From positions 21,994,494 to 22,058,493 of the forward strand of contig CM119263.1 in the NCBI GenBank assembly GCA_051294375.1: a stretch of 64,000 nucleotides of DNA. Reading direction: 5' to 3'. Position 1 is the first letter of the stretch. Every line of letters starts with the position of its first letter. Shown here in pieces: positions 40,406 through 53,100 of this stretch. Source of the DNA: Paraspadella gotoi (lineage: Eukaryota > Animalia > Chaetognatha). The position numbers and the translations under genes are program-made. A model generated the notes under the pieces. It searched no databases and was not told the DNA's origin. It was given only the letters and a program-made list of their open reading frames with translations.

Positions 40406-40925
40406 CTATCTAGGAAAAAAGTATATATCACGTAATTGTTAAAAGTTCATTTATTCAATAAAAAATATATAAAATATGGGTAAAACTTTCTCAATATTTG
40501 GTATACCCTCCTTCGGCATTGATTACTGCCTTCATTTGTCTGGGCATGCACTCGTACAGCGAATTGAAGTTTAATAATGAAATGTTTTTCCACATCTTTA
40601 ACGCAATTCTTTTCAGGCTTGATATTAATGTTGCGCGTCTTTCCTGCTTTTCTGAAAGCTATAATGATATTTTTTTAAACCAAAAAAAGGTGCAATGCCT
40701 TAAAAATAATAAAAAACTAAATATAATTTTTTTGCTATTTTCCATTAGAAGTAGCGATCTTTTTTGCCTGTAACTTCTAAACAATTTAACCTACGAAAAA
40801 ATGGAATGAAATTACTGAAATAAAATTCAATGTAGATTCGGAAACATTCTGATTTTTATAAAAGCAAAAAAGTTTTTGAGTAGATATCCTTTACTAAAAA
40901 TGTGATATACTTTTTTCCTAGATAG
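40406..40925 (-). mobile_element. Internally deleted Tc1/mariner transposon
   Basis: 20-bp perfect TIR CTATCTAGGAAAAAAGTATA with TA on both flanks; minus strand encodes LKRIALKMWKNIS..SLYECMPRQMKAVINAEGGYTKY*, the Tc1 transposase C-terminus (stop 40491-40493). Confidence 0.9.
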
Positions 40926-41780
40926 TACTAGCTATTATACTCTATAGCTATACTATAGCTTTACTTTTATAGAAAAAGAACCCTTGTCCCCTGTCTTTTG
41001 ATCCTAGAATTCTGGTTAAAAGTGGATTCTCACTGATAAACGATCGTTATCATTATCACAACTTATGTTTATAATCTTTCAACTGTAATCCCGATCGCCA
41101 CGTATCTTAACCTAATCATAGGACTGTTTATACAAAATGTCATATACGAAAATTATACAGCGGCATCTAAAACATTACGACTCAACGAGAGTTGCTGGCG
41201 GCTTAAACATTATTTTGGATAATATCCCAGGTGCGTGAGAGAATAAAACTACATTTGGCGTATTTACTCATTTACGTATTCACACATTTTTTCTCTAACC
41301 ACTTTTTATAAATACGTCTTAAAAAAAACAAAACAACTGTAAATGACATTAAAACTTATATGGATCAATTAGACATGAAACATTCCGACCGCGTTATCTT
41401 TCCATATTTCGATGTATGTTTCGTAATATTATTAAAATTTTTGTCAACTAAGAATATACAGTACTGTGAAATATTCTGCCTCGTTTTGTACCTAAAATCT
41501 GGGTTTCACTTGACCTTGGCTGATTTCAACGTTTTGCCCAATTTTCGCAGGGCTTTTATCGAAGTAAGACAGAGATTTGTAATCGTTTTTTAGTTTCTCT
41601 TGAAGACTCATAAACTCACGTTGCCTGTGAGGAAACTCCGATTTTACGAGTTTCCAATAAACCTTTTACAAAGAAATAAACTTATAAATTTTTTCTTTGT
41701 GTTAATTTCCTTTTTTTTCAGTTGTGTGTGAATTTATAGAAAAGGTTCGATTGTATTTTCAACAACGATGTTGTTTATTA

Positions 41781-41828
41781 CAAACATGACATGTTTCGAC
41801 TTAATTTACAAGTCTTCTTCAGCGTTTG
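41781..41828 (-). ncRNA. Minimal type I hammerhead ribozyme motif (Penelope-type)
   Basis: CAAACG-CTGAAGA-A-GACTT-GTAAATT-AAGTC-GAAA-CAT-GTC-A-TGTTTG, then AATAAA: conserved core, 5-bp stem II, palindromic ACATGT stem III, 6-bp stem I with one extra A. Confidence 0.72.
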
Positions 41829-41933
41829 ACAGATTTGTGAATTTGGTGAAAATTTGTGCATAAAAGAGAGAGAGAGAGAGAGAAACAAACAGAGGCAAAT
41901 TTCCAACACAGAGATGAGAAAGGATAGTGGTCA

Positions 41934-44206
41934 TAGGGCGGAGCATAATACAATATATGATATATGACCTCTTGTGCCCCTTATTTTTTTGAATTTGAGT
42001 ATAATACTATGCCCCAAGATAAAAAAATTTTCCGGTCTATCGATTTTTATAAAGGCAATTTGATGCAAAAAAATTGAAAAAAAATGAAGAGAATTTGATA
42101 TCAAAGAAAGCTGGTTAGTTCACTTTTGTTAGTGAATATAACTAAAACATGATTTAAACCAAGTTTTCATCCAAAAATACAAAAACCTGTTTATATAAAT
42201 ATTGAGTGATTCTAAATGATAGTATTTCATAAAAATTACTAAAAATAGCAAAATGGAAATAGTACCGAGCAAATACTAACGCAGTCAAAAATTATATTTA
42301 AAGCTTATAAAAGGTTTTAGTAGCGACAATTAAACTTTATAACAGCTTATAATAAGCTTTGCCTAAAAAATAATGACTTACCTTACCCATTACCCACTCT
42401 CCCCCTCCCTTCCTTAGAATCGCCTCATGGCCGATCAGTCTTTTTTTTTTATCAAAATTAAAAAAAATTTCTTATGAAAATTTGGTAAAATCCGTTTTTT
42501 AATAAGAACTACTTCTATTAAAAATATAACAATAATGACAACTACAACAATTTGTTCAGCAAAATTAATTTTGGATCAGAGTTATTTTATGATCATTTCC
42601 TAAACCTTTTTATCTATTTTATTTAACTAGGCTGTTTAAAGGATGTTTAAGAATGTAGAACGAGTGGGTCAACTAATTTTGCAATGAGGAATAGGTTTTA
42701 ATGTTTATATTCAATTATGTCTTCTGCCTTTTTGATGCCCATCCCGATAACATAGTCACATTAATCACAAATTTTGCTCTCTGGTCTGCAGTTTGGTTAT
42801 GTCTAAAGCCCTGGTCCCGCCACCATATTGTGCATAAAAAGAAAGCTGTCTCGCCAGCTCCTATTTCCCATCCAGATCTGATAAGCAACTGTTGGTGCTT
42901 TGTGCAATACATCTTTGTACAGCTGCCCCTATACATTGAATCCATCAGCCCTCTTCTTGATAGCCGAATTTGGTTCACTCAATGAAAAATTAATTTCTTA
43001 TTACTAGAATTTATATTAGATTTAATAAACATATTTTTATAATCATATCCTTTGATAAAGGATAGCTCAACAGAATTCCAAAGGATACAGTTAACATTTT
43101 TAATTTAAGCACCCTCTAGTATCTCATGAATAGACAATGACAGAAGAAGACGATGACAAAGGTCTTACCTTAAATTATCAGTGGAGATTAACCCAAACAA
43201 CTCTGATCTTTAAATAAAATAATAATAATAATAATAATATAAAATAATAATAATAATAATAATAAACATTTTTAATAACTATTTTCATTTACTTTAATTT
43301 ATTGTAATATCAGTTTTTAGTTTTATCACTCTGTATTTTGTTTCCTGCACTTTGTTTTTTATTCATTATATAATTTTTTTTAAAATATTTTAAAACAGAG
43401 TTTTTATGTTACAAACAATTAATTTTGAAAATATAAAAATAAACTCTCACTCACTCATAAAATAAAAGAAAAAAGAATATCAAACTTGACTTAAAGGCAA
43501 CAATAATGGTGAGGTAGTACTAAGGTGAAATAGCTTGTGCCTTTTTGTATCATAAACAACTCCTCTTTACCTTGGAAGATTTTTTTTAAACAGGACAATT
43601 GTCTTATAATTTATTTTTTTTGGTTTATATTAAGAAAGTTTTAAAGATCATTTGACTAAATCATGATTTCATTAGTTTTCCTGATCGCCTTAGTTTATTA
43701 TTTTTTCTTTATTTTTGTAGTTTAAAAAAATGCAAAACTTTATACATTAAATTAAAAATATTAGATAAAGTTATTTTTTACAAATGAAAACAGTTATATA
43801 TCTCATATTTCATATATTTGAATAAAAACTATCTGCTAATCATCTTTCCTATTTTTCAAATTTTTTTTGTATTTTTCCAAAAAAAGACAATTTTTTAAAT
43901 AATATTTAAACATTAATTTAATGCAAGTTTTTTACATTTATATAGTTTGAAAAGAGTTTATATACTTGGATTTAGCTATATTTACTTTAAATTAATAATA
44001 TTAACCATTTTTTATTTTATTTTTAAATTTACTATTTTTTTCTATTTTTTTGCATCTTATGCATTACAAAATCGATAGAACGGGGGAAAAATTGGCAAGC
44101 GAATTTTTAAATTTTTTGATCTTAGGGAATAGGTTTTACATATGTTTCAAAAAATAGGAGGGCACAAGATGTCCTTTTTCATTTCTTGTATTTATACTCC
44201 GCGCTA
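41934..44206. mobile_element. ~2.3 kb DNA transposon derivative with long imperfect TIRs
   Basis: TAGGGCGGAGCATAA..GACCTCTTGTGCCC..CTATCGATTTT..GATGCAAAAAAA is mirrored at the right end over >=170 bp; flanking direct repeat GTGGTCA (41927-41933, 44207-44213). Confidence 0.8.
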
Positions 44207-45175
44207 GTGGTCAATGTGAGGACAGAGCTAATAGTGAGCAACATAAGAATTAGTTTGTGAAGGGAAATGAAATGCGAGTGAATAAAGAGAGAGAGAGAAA
44301 GTTGCAATTTAAAATGATACATTGTACAAAATACACAATTTTTACTATAAATAATGAAACAAGTAATTTGCAAATTTTAATATATTGCACAATGTATCAT
44401 TTTAAATTTTTCTTATACTGGGAATGTCTAATGTCCAGATTATCTGTACCTTTCATGCACCTGCATTCCGAATTTTCTTTTTTCCCCTTTCAAATGTAAC
44501 AAATAAAAGAAATTATTTGAAAGAACGATTGGCATGGAAGCTGCCATTGGTAAGCCTTAGTTACCCTTATTCCAGATAATTTTTTTAAACGAGGTTTTTT
44601 TTTTCGTCTATTTGAGATTTGATGATATACTATCTGTGTATCAAAAATTTAAAAAAAGGTTTACTTTTAGTGAAATTTATAATTTTTACTACGCTTTACT
44701 ACACAAAGCCCACCTAAACTAAATTTAAAACCATAATATTCACAAATAAAGTAGTTATGCATCATTGAAAAAATGACCCATCTAAAATATCAGCACTGAT
44801 AAGTATGGCAAAAAAATTTTCGATAATAAAATTTCTACAGAAGTTTACAAACCCTCTTAAATGCAAGTTAGCAAAATTTTAAGAAAAAAAATCAAAATAT
44901 ATTACATCTATGAAAGTTTTCTTTTTAAATTTTGACCCAAATTTTAAGTGGATTAGGATTTTTTATTTGAAAAATTGCTTCAATGGGCAATAGCCAAACA
45001 TCCAGACAGCTTCCTATAAAATCCTAAAGCCATTTATCCTATAAATGGAAAAGTTTTTCCATGTCCAGACTTACGACATTTTAGGTTTCTGGTACTGTAG
45101 ATAAGCGATAAGACAAATCATTTAAATTGTAAAATACATAAATTTAAAAAGATCTCCGATCACCGTTAACAAAAG

Positions 45176-46412
45176 GGCCCCTGACCTCGGCGCGGCGCGC
45201 GTTTTGGGATTCCGGCGCCGGCACCGGAAACTATGCGCTGCTGATGGCGCCGCGTGTGGGTCACGTGACGCGCCTGGAAGTGGACCCGGTATGTTGGGCC
45301 GTATGCGCGAGAGATCGAAGCGGACTCCGGCGGTGAAGGCAGAATCGACTCGGTAGCGATGGTCGCTACTTGATCTGCCGCTTCCGTTCGAAGATGGCGC
45401 TTTCGACGCCGTTGTCCATGAACATGGTGAGATCTCGACTTTTTGCTTACTGTGTAAAAATTATTTATATTCTGTTTTTTCGTACCAGAGTTACCCTTAA
45501 ATTCTGGCATGAAAACTACAAAAACAAACCGGAAAACAAATTGATTATTAAATTTGTCGTTGCCTTTCTCAAGCTCGAGTTAAGTCTTCGCATATTAATT
45601 TGTCTAATTTAAGTCGCTCATCATCTTGGACATAGGAAGCTCCTTACCCCAACACTAGGGGCCCTTATTCAAGGTAACAAAGATTGAAAATCGTCAGCGC
45701 TCAAAACCGCAAACTCTTCGGTTGATAATTATATATAACAAGGAGTACAAAAGTGCTGAAACCGAGATGGGCCGCTTATCATGAGCACCAAAACACTAGC
45801 GGAACGCAAGCGCCAGCAAGTGAGTCGGTCCACAATAAGTTGACCCGGCTAATAATGCCATAGAAATTTATGAAACATGACACTTTTTCGCGACCCTCCT
45901 TCTTTTATCGATACAAATAATAGTCACATATAATCTAATAAGGTGGTTTATGCGCTACAACGAGGCATCTTCCTCGGAATTCCCTTCGCCCCGGTGGACG
46001 AGATTTTTCAATTCTTGTCGTGAGGCCAGTATTTGAAAATTTCAAAGAATTCTCTTGCAAGGATATGTGGTTGCAAGGTGAGGAACGTTGATGATAAGAT
46101 TTAAAAACAACCCTAACATTTTAATGGCAGCTAAGACCATTATGAGAAGTATGGAGCAGAATGAATATTAAACATATTTCTGGAAATAAAAATACTCTTT
46201 TCTAAAAAGGCCTTCAGTACTTCACTTTGCCCAAGTGTTCGACGAGGGCTTCCGCGCCTCAACTCCAACTACGGCATCATGGGCGACCACATTGAAGAGT
46301 TCTTGCGTCGCGTGGAGGGATGATTGAAGTCGGGCGATTCGCCGAGGTCGTCGCTGCTGGCGAGAGGGATCGCTTGAAAAAGGAGTTTCTTCTTTCGTCG
46401 TCGCGGGAGTGA
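45176..46412 (+). CDS. Class I SAM-dependent methyltransferase (Methyltransf_11-like), noisy copy that includes the motif I exon
   Basis: Across indels, exon ~45176-45426 reads VLDxGAGTGNYALLMAPRVGHVTxLEVD..LPFEDGAFDAVVMNM; later exons match 58475-59276. Confidence 0.75.
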
Positions 46413-49400
46413 TATATACAGAAATGAGGCGATTGTGAGTTAAGCAAATTAACTATAGTTAATTTGTGAAACTGTTTAATGCTTAAAGTCATAGTTAAAC
46501 TGAACTGTAACAAAAAACTAATCCAGCTTGACTAAACATAAATGTTTAGACTCGAAGTTTTCGTTATGAGCTTTTATTAAAAATTTAAAATCCATTCCGA
46601 ATCAATGGAAAACACAAATAACCCAGAACAAGAATTATCTACAAGACATAAGGTCGTAGCAAAATTACTTAATTGCACGTGAAAAAAAATAATAAACTGC
46701 CAATAGTTACAACTATCAAGCAAAAAACGCTCTCGGCAAAACCCTCGGAATCTCACACGCTGATGCTGCCCTCTCGTAAAATCTGACTTTCCAATGTACG
46801 ACGTTGATAGTACGGATCGGCCCCCGCGGCACGCTACGGCTGGCCTCGAAAAGGCGCATCCATCTCGCTTCGTCGGTACTCTCGGAGCAAAAGCAACGCC
46901 CGGGCGCCCACACGCCGCCGCCGCCTCATGTAGGGCGTGTAGTCGACGGGGGCAAGCGGTGCTGTTGCTTGGCCGGAGGAAGGGAGAAACCTATTGAATT
47001 TCGAAGTAAAAAAATCTTAATGAAGTATTAGTGACCTCGCTAGACGGTACTATCAAAGAAAATTAATGAAAATTTTTTTAAAAATATAAATTGATTTGAT
47101 GCGATAACGAATTATTGACTAAGTAATTGATTTATTGTAATAGTAATTGATTGATTGACGAATAGTAATTGATTATTGAAGTAATATTATGATTGATAAC
47201 AATACAAACAAGATAAATGGTTTAAAACGTGTGTTATTATAGTATAATTAACCTTGTGTATTCGAAATAAATCGCATACAATATAAAATTGATACCTGTC
47301 CCTGGCGATTGGCGACCAGCAGCATCGTTGCCGACCACAGCAATGGCACGGGCACCTTGAATTCTTGAAGGTGTCGAACTCATGATGGAGTAGCCGGAGA
47401 CTCCCTTCGCCGTGACGATCCAACCTGACGATCGATTGACGAGTAGAGAGATTGGCTTTCACGCACCAAGTATAAAGCGAATATAAAGTTTAAATGGATA
47501 TATATATAATGTATTATAAGCCAAATAGGTAAGAGAAGTAAAAAATAAGAGAAAAGAAAACCAATAAGATAGACACAGACAAGAACTCAACTGCCTTGTT
47601 CCGCATCGTCAGCTTGGCGCCCAAGGCGGAACCCGGCCCACATCGCCCCAACGTGTACTGGAAAGCACCCGGTATCCAGCACGACAAAGGCGCCGTGGCC
47701 GGATATGTAGGCCGCCGTTCCGACGAAATCACCCTCGTCGGGACGATACGGTGTCCGGCATACAAGCCTCCAGCCGCATTGGCAAGCACCCGCGACGGGA
47801 TTTTAGGGCGCCCTCCGCCGTCGACACCGCAGCCTGATACGTTGTGCCGCCTTCCAGTTTCCTCGCTCCCGTCGCTCAGTTGAAGGCAGCCAATCAAGGA
47901 GTCGGGTCGTAGTCCGGTCAGTCGCTGGGCGATGGAGACTAGGGGAGTAGCCCCGGCTGTCCCTTGCTCTTCACACCAGGCTCCGGATCTAAGCAAGTAC
48001 CCTAAAGGATGAATCATTATTTTTTGGCCAATATCATTACGAATACAACGAAACCATAATAATTATTAAATTATTATTCACACCTTGAATCGCCAGCGTG
48101 TGGCTACCAAAATACAAGTCGCTATATTCTGAACAGTTGATTCTTTTCTCGATTACAACGACGATCGTCGCTCGACGAGGCAGCGCCCGACCGTTAGCCC
48201 AGCCGCAAAGTCGCAGACGCGCCGAGCATTCAGACAGCATCGGCCCTCCTTCACGCTCGGCGCCGCTTTGGCGTACACTGAACTGCGCTGTCGCGCCCGA
48301 GAAGCCCAGCGGCTCATACCGCCCAAGAAGGCAAGAATACCTAATTCTCGAGTTGCCGGGCGAGAGTCTCGAGAGGAGGTCGGCGGGAGGGTTACTGACT
48401 CTCGAGAAAGAATCACGGGAACGTTTTGGCGCGCTGAGGCGAGATCCCACCGCCGCTGAACCTCCTTTCGTCGACGCCAGGCTGGACGGCTTGATGACGA
48501 AAGGCGCGACGTTGACACATCGTCCGAAACCCGCGCGAACAGAGATTGAGGTGGTACAGCGGAGGTACAGGTCGGAACCTGCGTGGGAAAGCGACTTTGG
48601 AGGATGATGACGATGGTCCCTTCGCCTCCCGCTCCACAAGACCTGTATTTAAAGACCGTCGCAATGGCAACTCGACGAAGACGGGACCAGGGGTGCCGCC
48701 GGAGCGCTTTTTCTACAGCGCGGTCGCCACTGTCGGCACGATATCGCGCACGCGTCGAACAGACGCCGTCCACTTGCATACACGAAGACATCACACGACG
48801 CCCTGGTATGTCCTGCAGCGCCCGCGGCCTTCCAAACAGCGTCGCCGCGGCCCCGCTAGAAGTAGCACGGGGATTCACGCCACTGGGCGTTCTTTCATCG
48901 CCGTGACGGCGTGGTAAGCCAGGGCCGGCCGTTACGGCAGCCACGCCCCACCCGCCCGACAGTCGGCCAACGGCGGTCGGCGGCGAAGACGGCCGTCGCT
49001 CGTGGACGCCGTGTCCACGACGCGAATGCCCGCGTTCTCGGCAGGCGGCGACGAGAATCGGGGAAATGTGGCCGCCGACGAGGGTGAAGATATGACGGAC
49101 GCCGGCCGGCTTGGAGGACCTTCAAAAAGAAAATTTTATCTTGAATGTATATTGTATAACGAATACATTCTCTATTTTTAAATACGATTGTGATACAAAT
49201 ATTTTTATTGATCACAAGTTAAAGTTTTGACGGTTTGACTTTTTTCTCAACCTGAGGACCAAACTCTCCGCCCTGACTGGAGGAGTGAGGATTCCGCGGG
49301 TTTGAAGATGATATAGTAGAGATTAAACTTATCCACCGCCAGCCACACCAGGAATCCCAACACGGCGTCGATAGCATAGCACGCCGGATCCATCGCGTGA

Positions 49401-50135
49401 TCTTCAAATTAACCAACGGTAAAGCGGTGCGCGACAATTACTCGAGGCTCTTTGTAAACCACAGAAATCACTTGTACAAATTTTTTTATGAAGCGTTAAA
49501 GCTTACAGATCCGCATTTCTAATCTTTTAAAGAAATTCTTTTCGTACCTTCGAATCTTAAATTACGGCAGATAAAGCGAGAGCCAGTTCAGGTTCAGTCT
49601 TCCTTCTAGAGTTTATGAATGTGGTCTTAGTTTAAAACATAAAATATACCGAGCAATCCATAAATTAAATCCAGGAGCACTATTTTCTTTAGAACGAAAG
49701 TGTTTCACTGTCGCTCAATCTCTCAACAGTCGAGTTTATTCCTAAAATTTCTTCAAATGAAATATCTAGCAAACAATTTTTACCTAACTGCTTCCTAGGG
49801 AATCTGAAGCAGTGTATCACCGGGCGTCCAAGAACAGCGGTTTGGAGAACGATGTTTTTCTCCCCGAGATCTTTCATTTTAGTCTCGTTATTTCCCGCGA
49901 GTCATTTTTTCCACGTCGAACATAAAGATCATCCGCGTCGACGATTTCCGTTGACGAAAAACCTCGCAGCGCCGTAAATTTACTCTCTCGGCAAATCAGG
50001 AACTACGAAGTCTAATGAGGGACATTAGCGAAGTCGAACAATGAGAGTCTCCGTTACTGCGGGCGGCAGACTATCGCTGCAGGAAAGCTGCGAAGCTGCG
50101 GGCGGTTCAGGAAAATGCTGGGCGCAGTCTGACAT
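45564..50135. repeat. Direct duplicate of 58426-64000, error-rich
   Basis: Colinear match from CTTTCTCAAGCTCGAG to GCAGTCTGACAT, except a ~1.08 kb intronic indel. Confidence 0.95.
46753..49393 (-). pseudogene. ILVBL: Indel-rich copy of ILVBL (probably uncorrected long-read sequence)
   Basis: Same exons as 59604-63272 with dense random indels. Confidence 0.8.
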
Positions 50136-53100
50136 TTAATTGATTTCGTCGCGTAGAGACAGTTTCGTTCTTGGGATGAGGTTTGAAAATCGAAGACTCG
50201 ATCGAGAAACACCGGAGCGTAACTTCTTCGAATGTTTGTTCGATAAAGTGCGACCTCGCTCTCGGGAGGTTTTATTGTTGTAGTTCGTAAGCAAATCTGA
50301 AGGATGGACCTCAGGCAAGGACGCTTTAAACGACAGAAAAATTATGTCAGCCTTTGCTTGTTTTTTTTAAATTTCGTACAAGTTTTGAATATTTAAGCTA
50401 TTGAAAGCAGCTTGCAGTGAGTGTTGTAAAACCTAAGTTAAAGCTTTCAAGAAATTTGCGCCGACTACAGCCATGAACTTAAGGGCTTCTCGTTTTTATA
50501 GTTTTTCCTGTTAACTGCAGTTTTAATTACGAAAAGTATGTAATCTTTTATTATGAAAATTATTAGATAAAAAGCGCGTCAAAACATTTAAATTTCTTAA
50601 CATGATTTGAATGGCAGATTCACGTCAAAATATGTTCCTCGCTTTTGTCGTCAGCCTATGGCTATCACCTTTTCTCTCTTCGTTATCTTGGCCGCGTTTG
50701 CCTCACTTTGTCACTTTCTCCCCGTCTCACGTCTACTCTTCTTCACTCTTTTCTTCTCTTTCTATATTTTTTAATAAAACTCACGGAGTTGCTCCCGCAC
50801 ACTCTCCGCATCTACCGATAAAATTACCATTTCTCGTTCAACCCTGTCTTCTGAGATTGAATCGAAATGATTGTCCATCTAATCGGAATTAGCTGCAGAA
50901 TTTACAAAATCGAAAACGATGAAAAATGTTTCCCCTGCGTCGGCCTTTCTTTTTCTTTCTTCATTTACTTTCCTTTTCTTTCTACCTAGGCCATCTCACC
51001 AATCCTTAACTGTTTCCCTCACGCGCCTTCCGTGACTGGACGCGTCTCACGTCCTAGCGCAGCGATTCACCGGTTTTTTTCCTTCCGCCAGAATCCAAAG
51101 CGATTCGCGTTTCTTTTCGCGCAAAATGCCACGTGCGTCTTGTTGTCAGTCGCCGCGCGCGCCCGCACTCGGACAGCCCGTCCCGGCAGCGCCGCCGCGG
51201 CTGACGCGGCGGGAAAAAACGCTCTTTCGGTGCGTGCGATTTTAGGCGTTGGACACGCGAACGAGGAGAGAGGAGAACAGGGGAGAAGCGCGCGGCGTGG
51301 GAACGAAAAGAGGGGGCGGAAGAGAAAAATTGTTAGGGAGTGAGAAGAGAGAGAGAGAGAAGAGAGAGACGAGAAGAGAGAGAGGAGAGGGAGAGAGAGA
51401 GAGAAGAGAGAAGAGAAGAGATCCAGGGACGACGGAGAAAAGTTCGCGAAAAAAAAAAAAGCTTGCAGCGACCGCGACGGACGAGGACGACGCCGCCGCT
51501 TCAAAACCGACGCGGAACGAGAGACCAATTCCGATCGAAGCGGAAGGACAAAGTATAGGTGGTTTAAACTGAGTTCCTAGGAGGACGAAAGGGAGATGGC
51601 GAATGGGGGGGACGTCTTTCGAAGACGCGGGACGTAAAACGTTACTGGCCGGAGAACGAATCCGCGCTCTTCCACTTTCCTTCTCTCGCTGAATTTCGGG
51701 GACCAGCGGGTAGAGATTTCTGCGTCCCGGCAGTTTTTGGTGCGAGGAATCGTTGAGACGGAGTCGCTAAATTATGGGATCGTCGAACCTTTTTTACAAT
51801 ATAAATAAAGCCATTACAATAAGTTTTAGAGTCGACTATTACCAATTACCGTTATTACGTTCATAGATTACTTACAGTGGAGTCATTCATGCAAACGACT
51901 TATTGAGGGAAAACCTGTCCTCGCTTCAGTTTTTCATTTTCTTATTTCGTAAATGGAATCATATTTTTTTTCAACGATCAACGGACAATTAGTAGACTCA
52001 GGGATAGTCTTTTAACCTGACATTAAGTTACCAAACCCAAATCGCACTATGTTATCCTATGATATAAATAATCACGTCTTCCACGCTTGTTCCCGCGAAA
52101 GCCAATCTCAATACAACCGATCACCCAAAGAAAAGACAACGCTCTGGAATTCAAGAAGAAAACCCCGACGTTTTGCTTGATCCGCAAAGTCGTTATCTGT
52201 CGTACTTCATCCTTCTCTTCCCGTTTTCTCTTATCGCCGAGGGAAGACTAATCCGGGCAAGACGAAGTGGTCTATAACAAAACATGGTAAAAACCGGGGA
52301 TCAGAGAATATAAAAATAATTCTTTATAGTACACTCGGCGCAAAAAAAAGTAGCTAAATTCCTCCACTATTTCTTAATTAATTTAAAAAAAAACATGAAA
52401 AGTATAGCTTTTTTTAATTGGTTTTCAGGCAGTAGAAATCTAGCAATTTTTTAAATTCAGAGTCTGAACGGATCCTTGTAAAATTCAGGCATTCCAATAC
52501 GGTTTTTTTCGATGTTGAAAAAGAATATTTACTACAATTTAGTTTCGGAGCAGAAAGGAGAAAGGAAGATTTTATAATTTTAAATGTCGGACGTTACTTT
52601 AAAAAATTAATTTTTTCTAGTGTAATCATGTAAGAATTTTATTTTCCATCGTTACGAATCATAAACATAAGACTAATCAAAACTAAATACAATAAATCCA
52701 TTAAAATAAGATGCCATTTCCCAATCCTAGTAAATTGCTTACGTGGCGCTGATACACTGGTCGTAGCCTCGGAAATGGTTTTACGAAGAAAAAAAAAACA
52801 CACAAAAAAAAAAACGAGACCCACTAAATCCTATGAGCTCGGTGGCAAGCGACGACGACACGACGGACGAGAACTACGAACGACCATCCCCGGTAGTGAA
52901 ACCAGAGTCATCAATCATTACGACCCATTCCCCTCAGCCCCTGCCGTCAATTTCCTCTCCGAGGCCGACCGGGGTCTAGATGAGAAATTGAAAATGTTGT
53001 TTATTTTAAAGCGCAATGTCAAATTTATAATATAATATTCAAATGTTCAAATACAGCATGTAAGAATAGAGGATCACATTTGGTGATGGGCTCGCTATTA

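Noticed and set aside
46753-49393. True ILVBL pseudogene or paralogue
   Set aside because: Dense indels hit exons and introns alike and the block ends at a 25-N gap, typical of raw long-read fill.
49689-50330. Coding-like minus-strand block upstream of ILVBL (also 63560-64000)
   Set aside because: Both copies are too error-rich to recover a frame or family.
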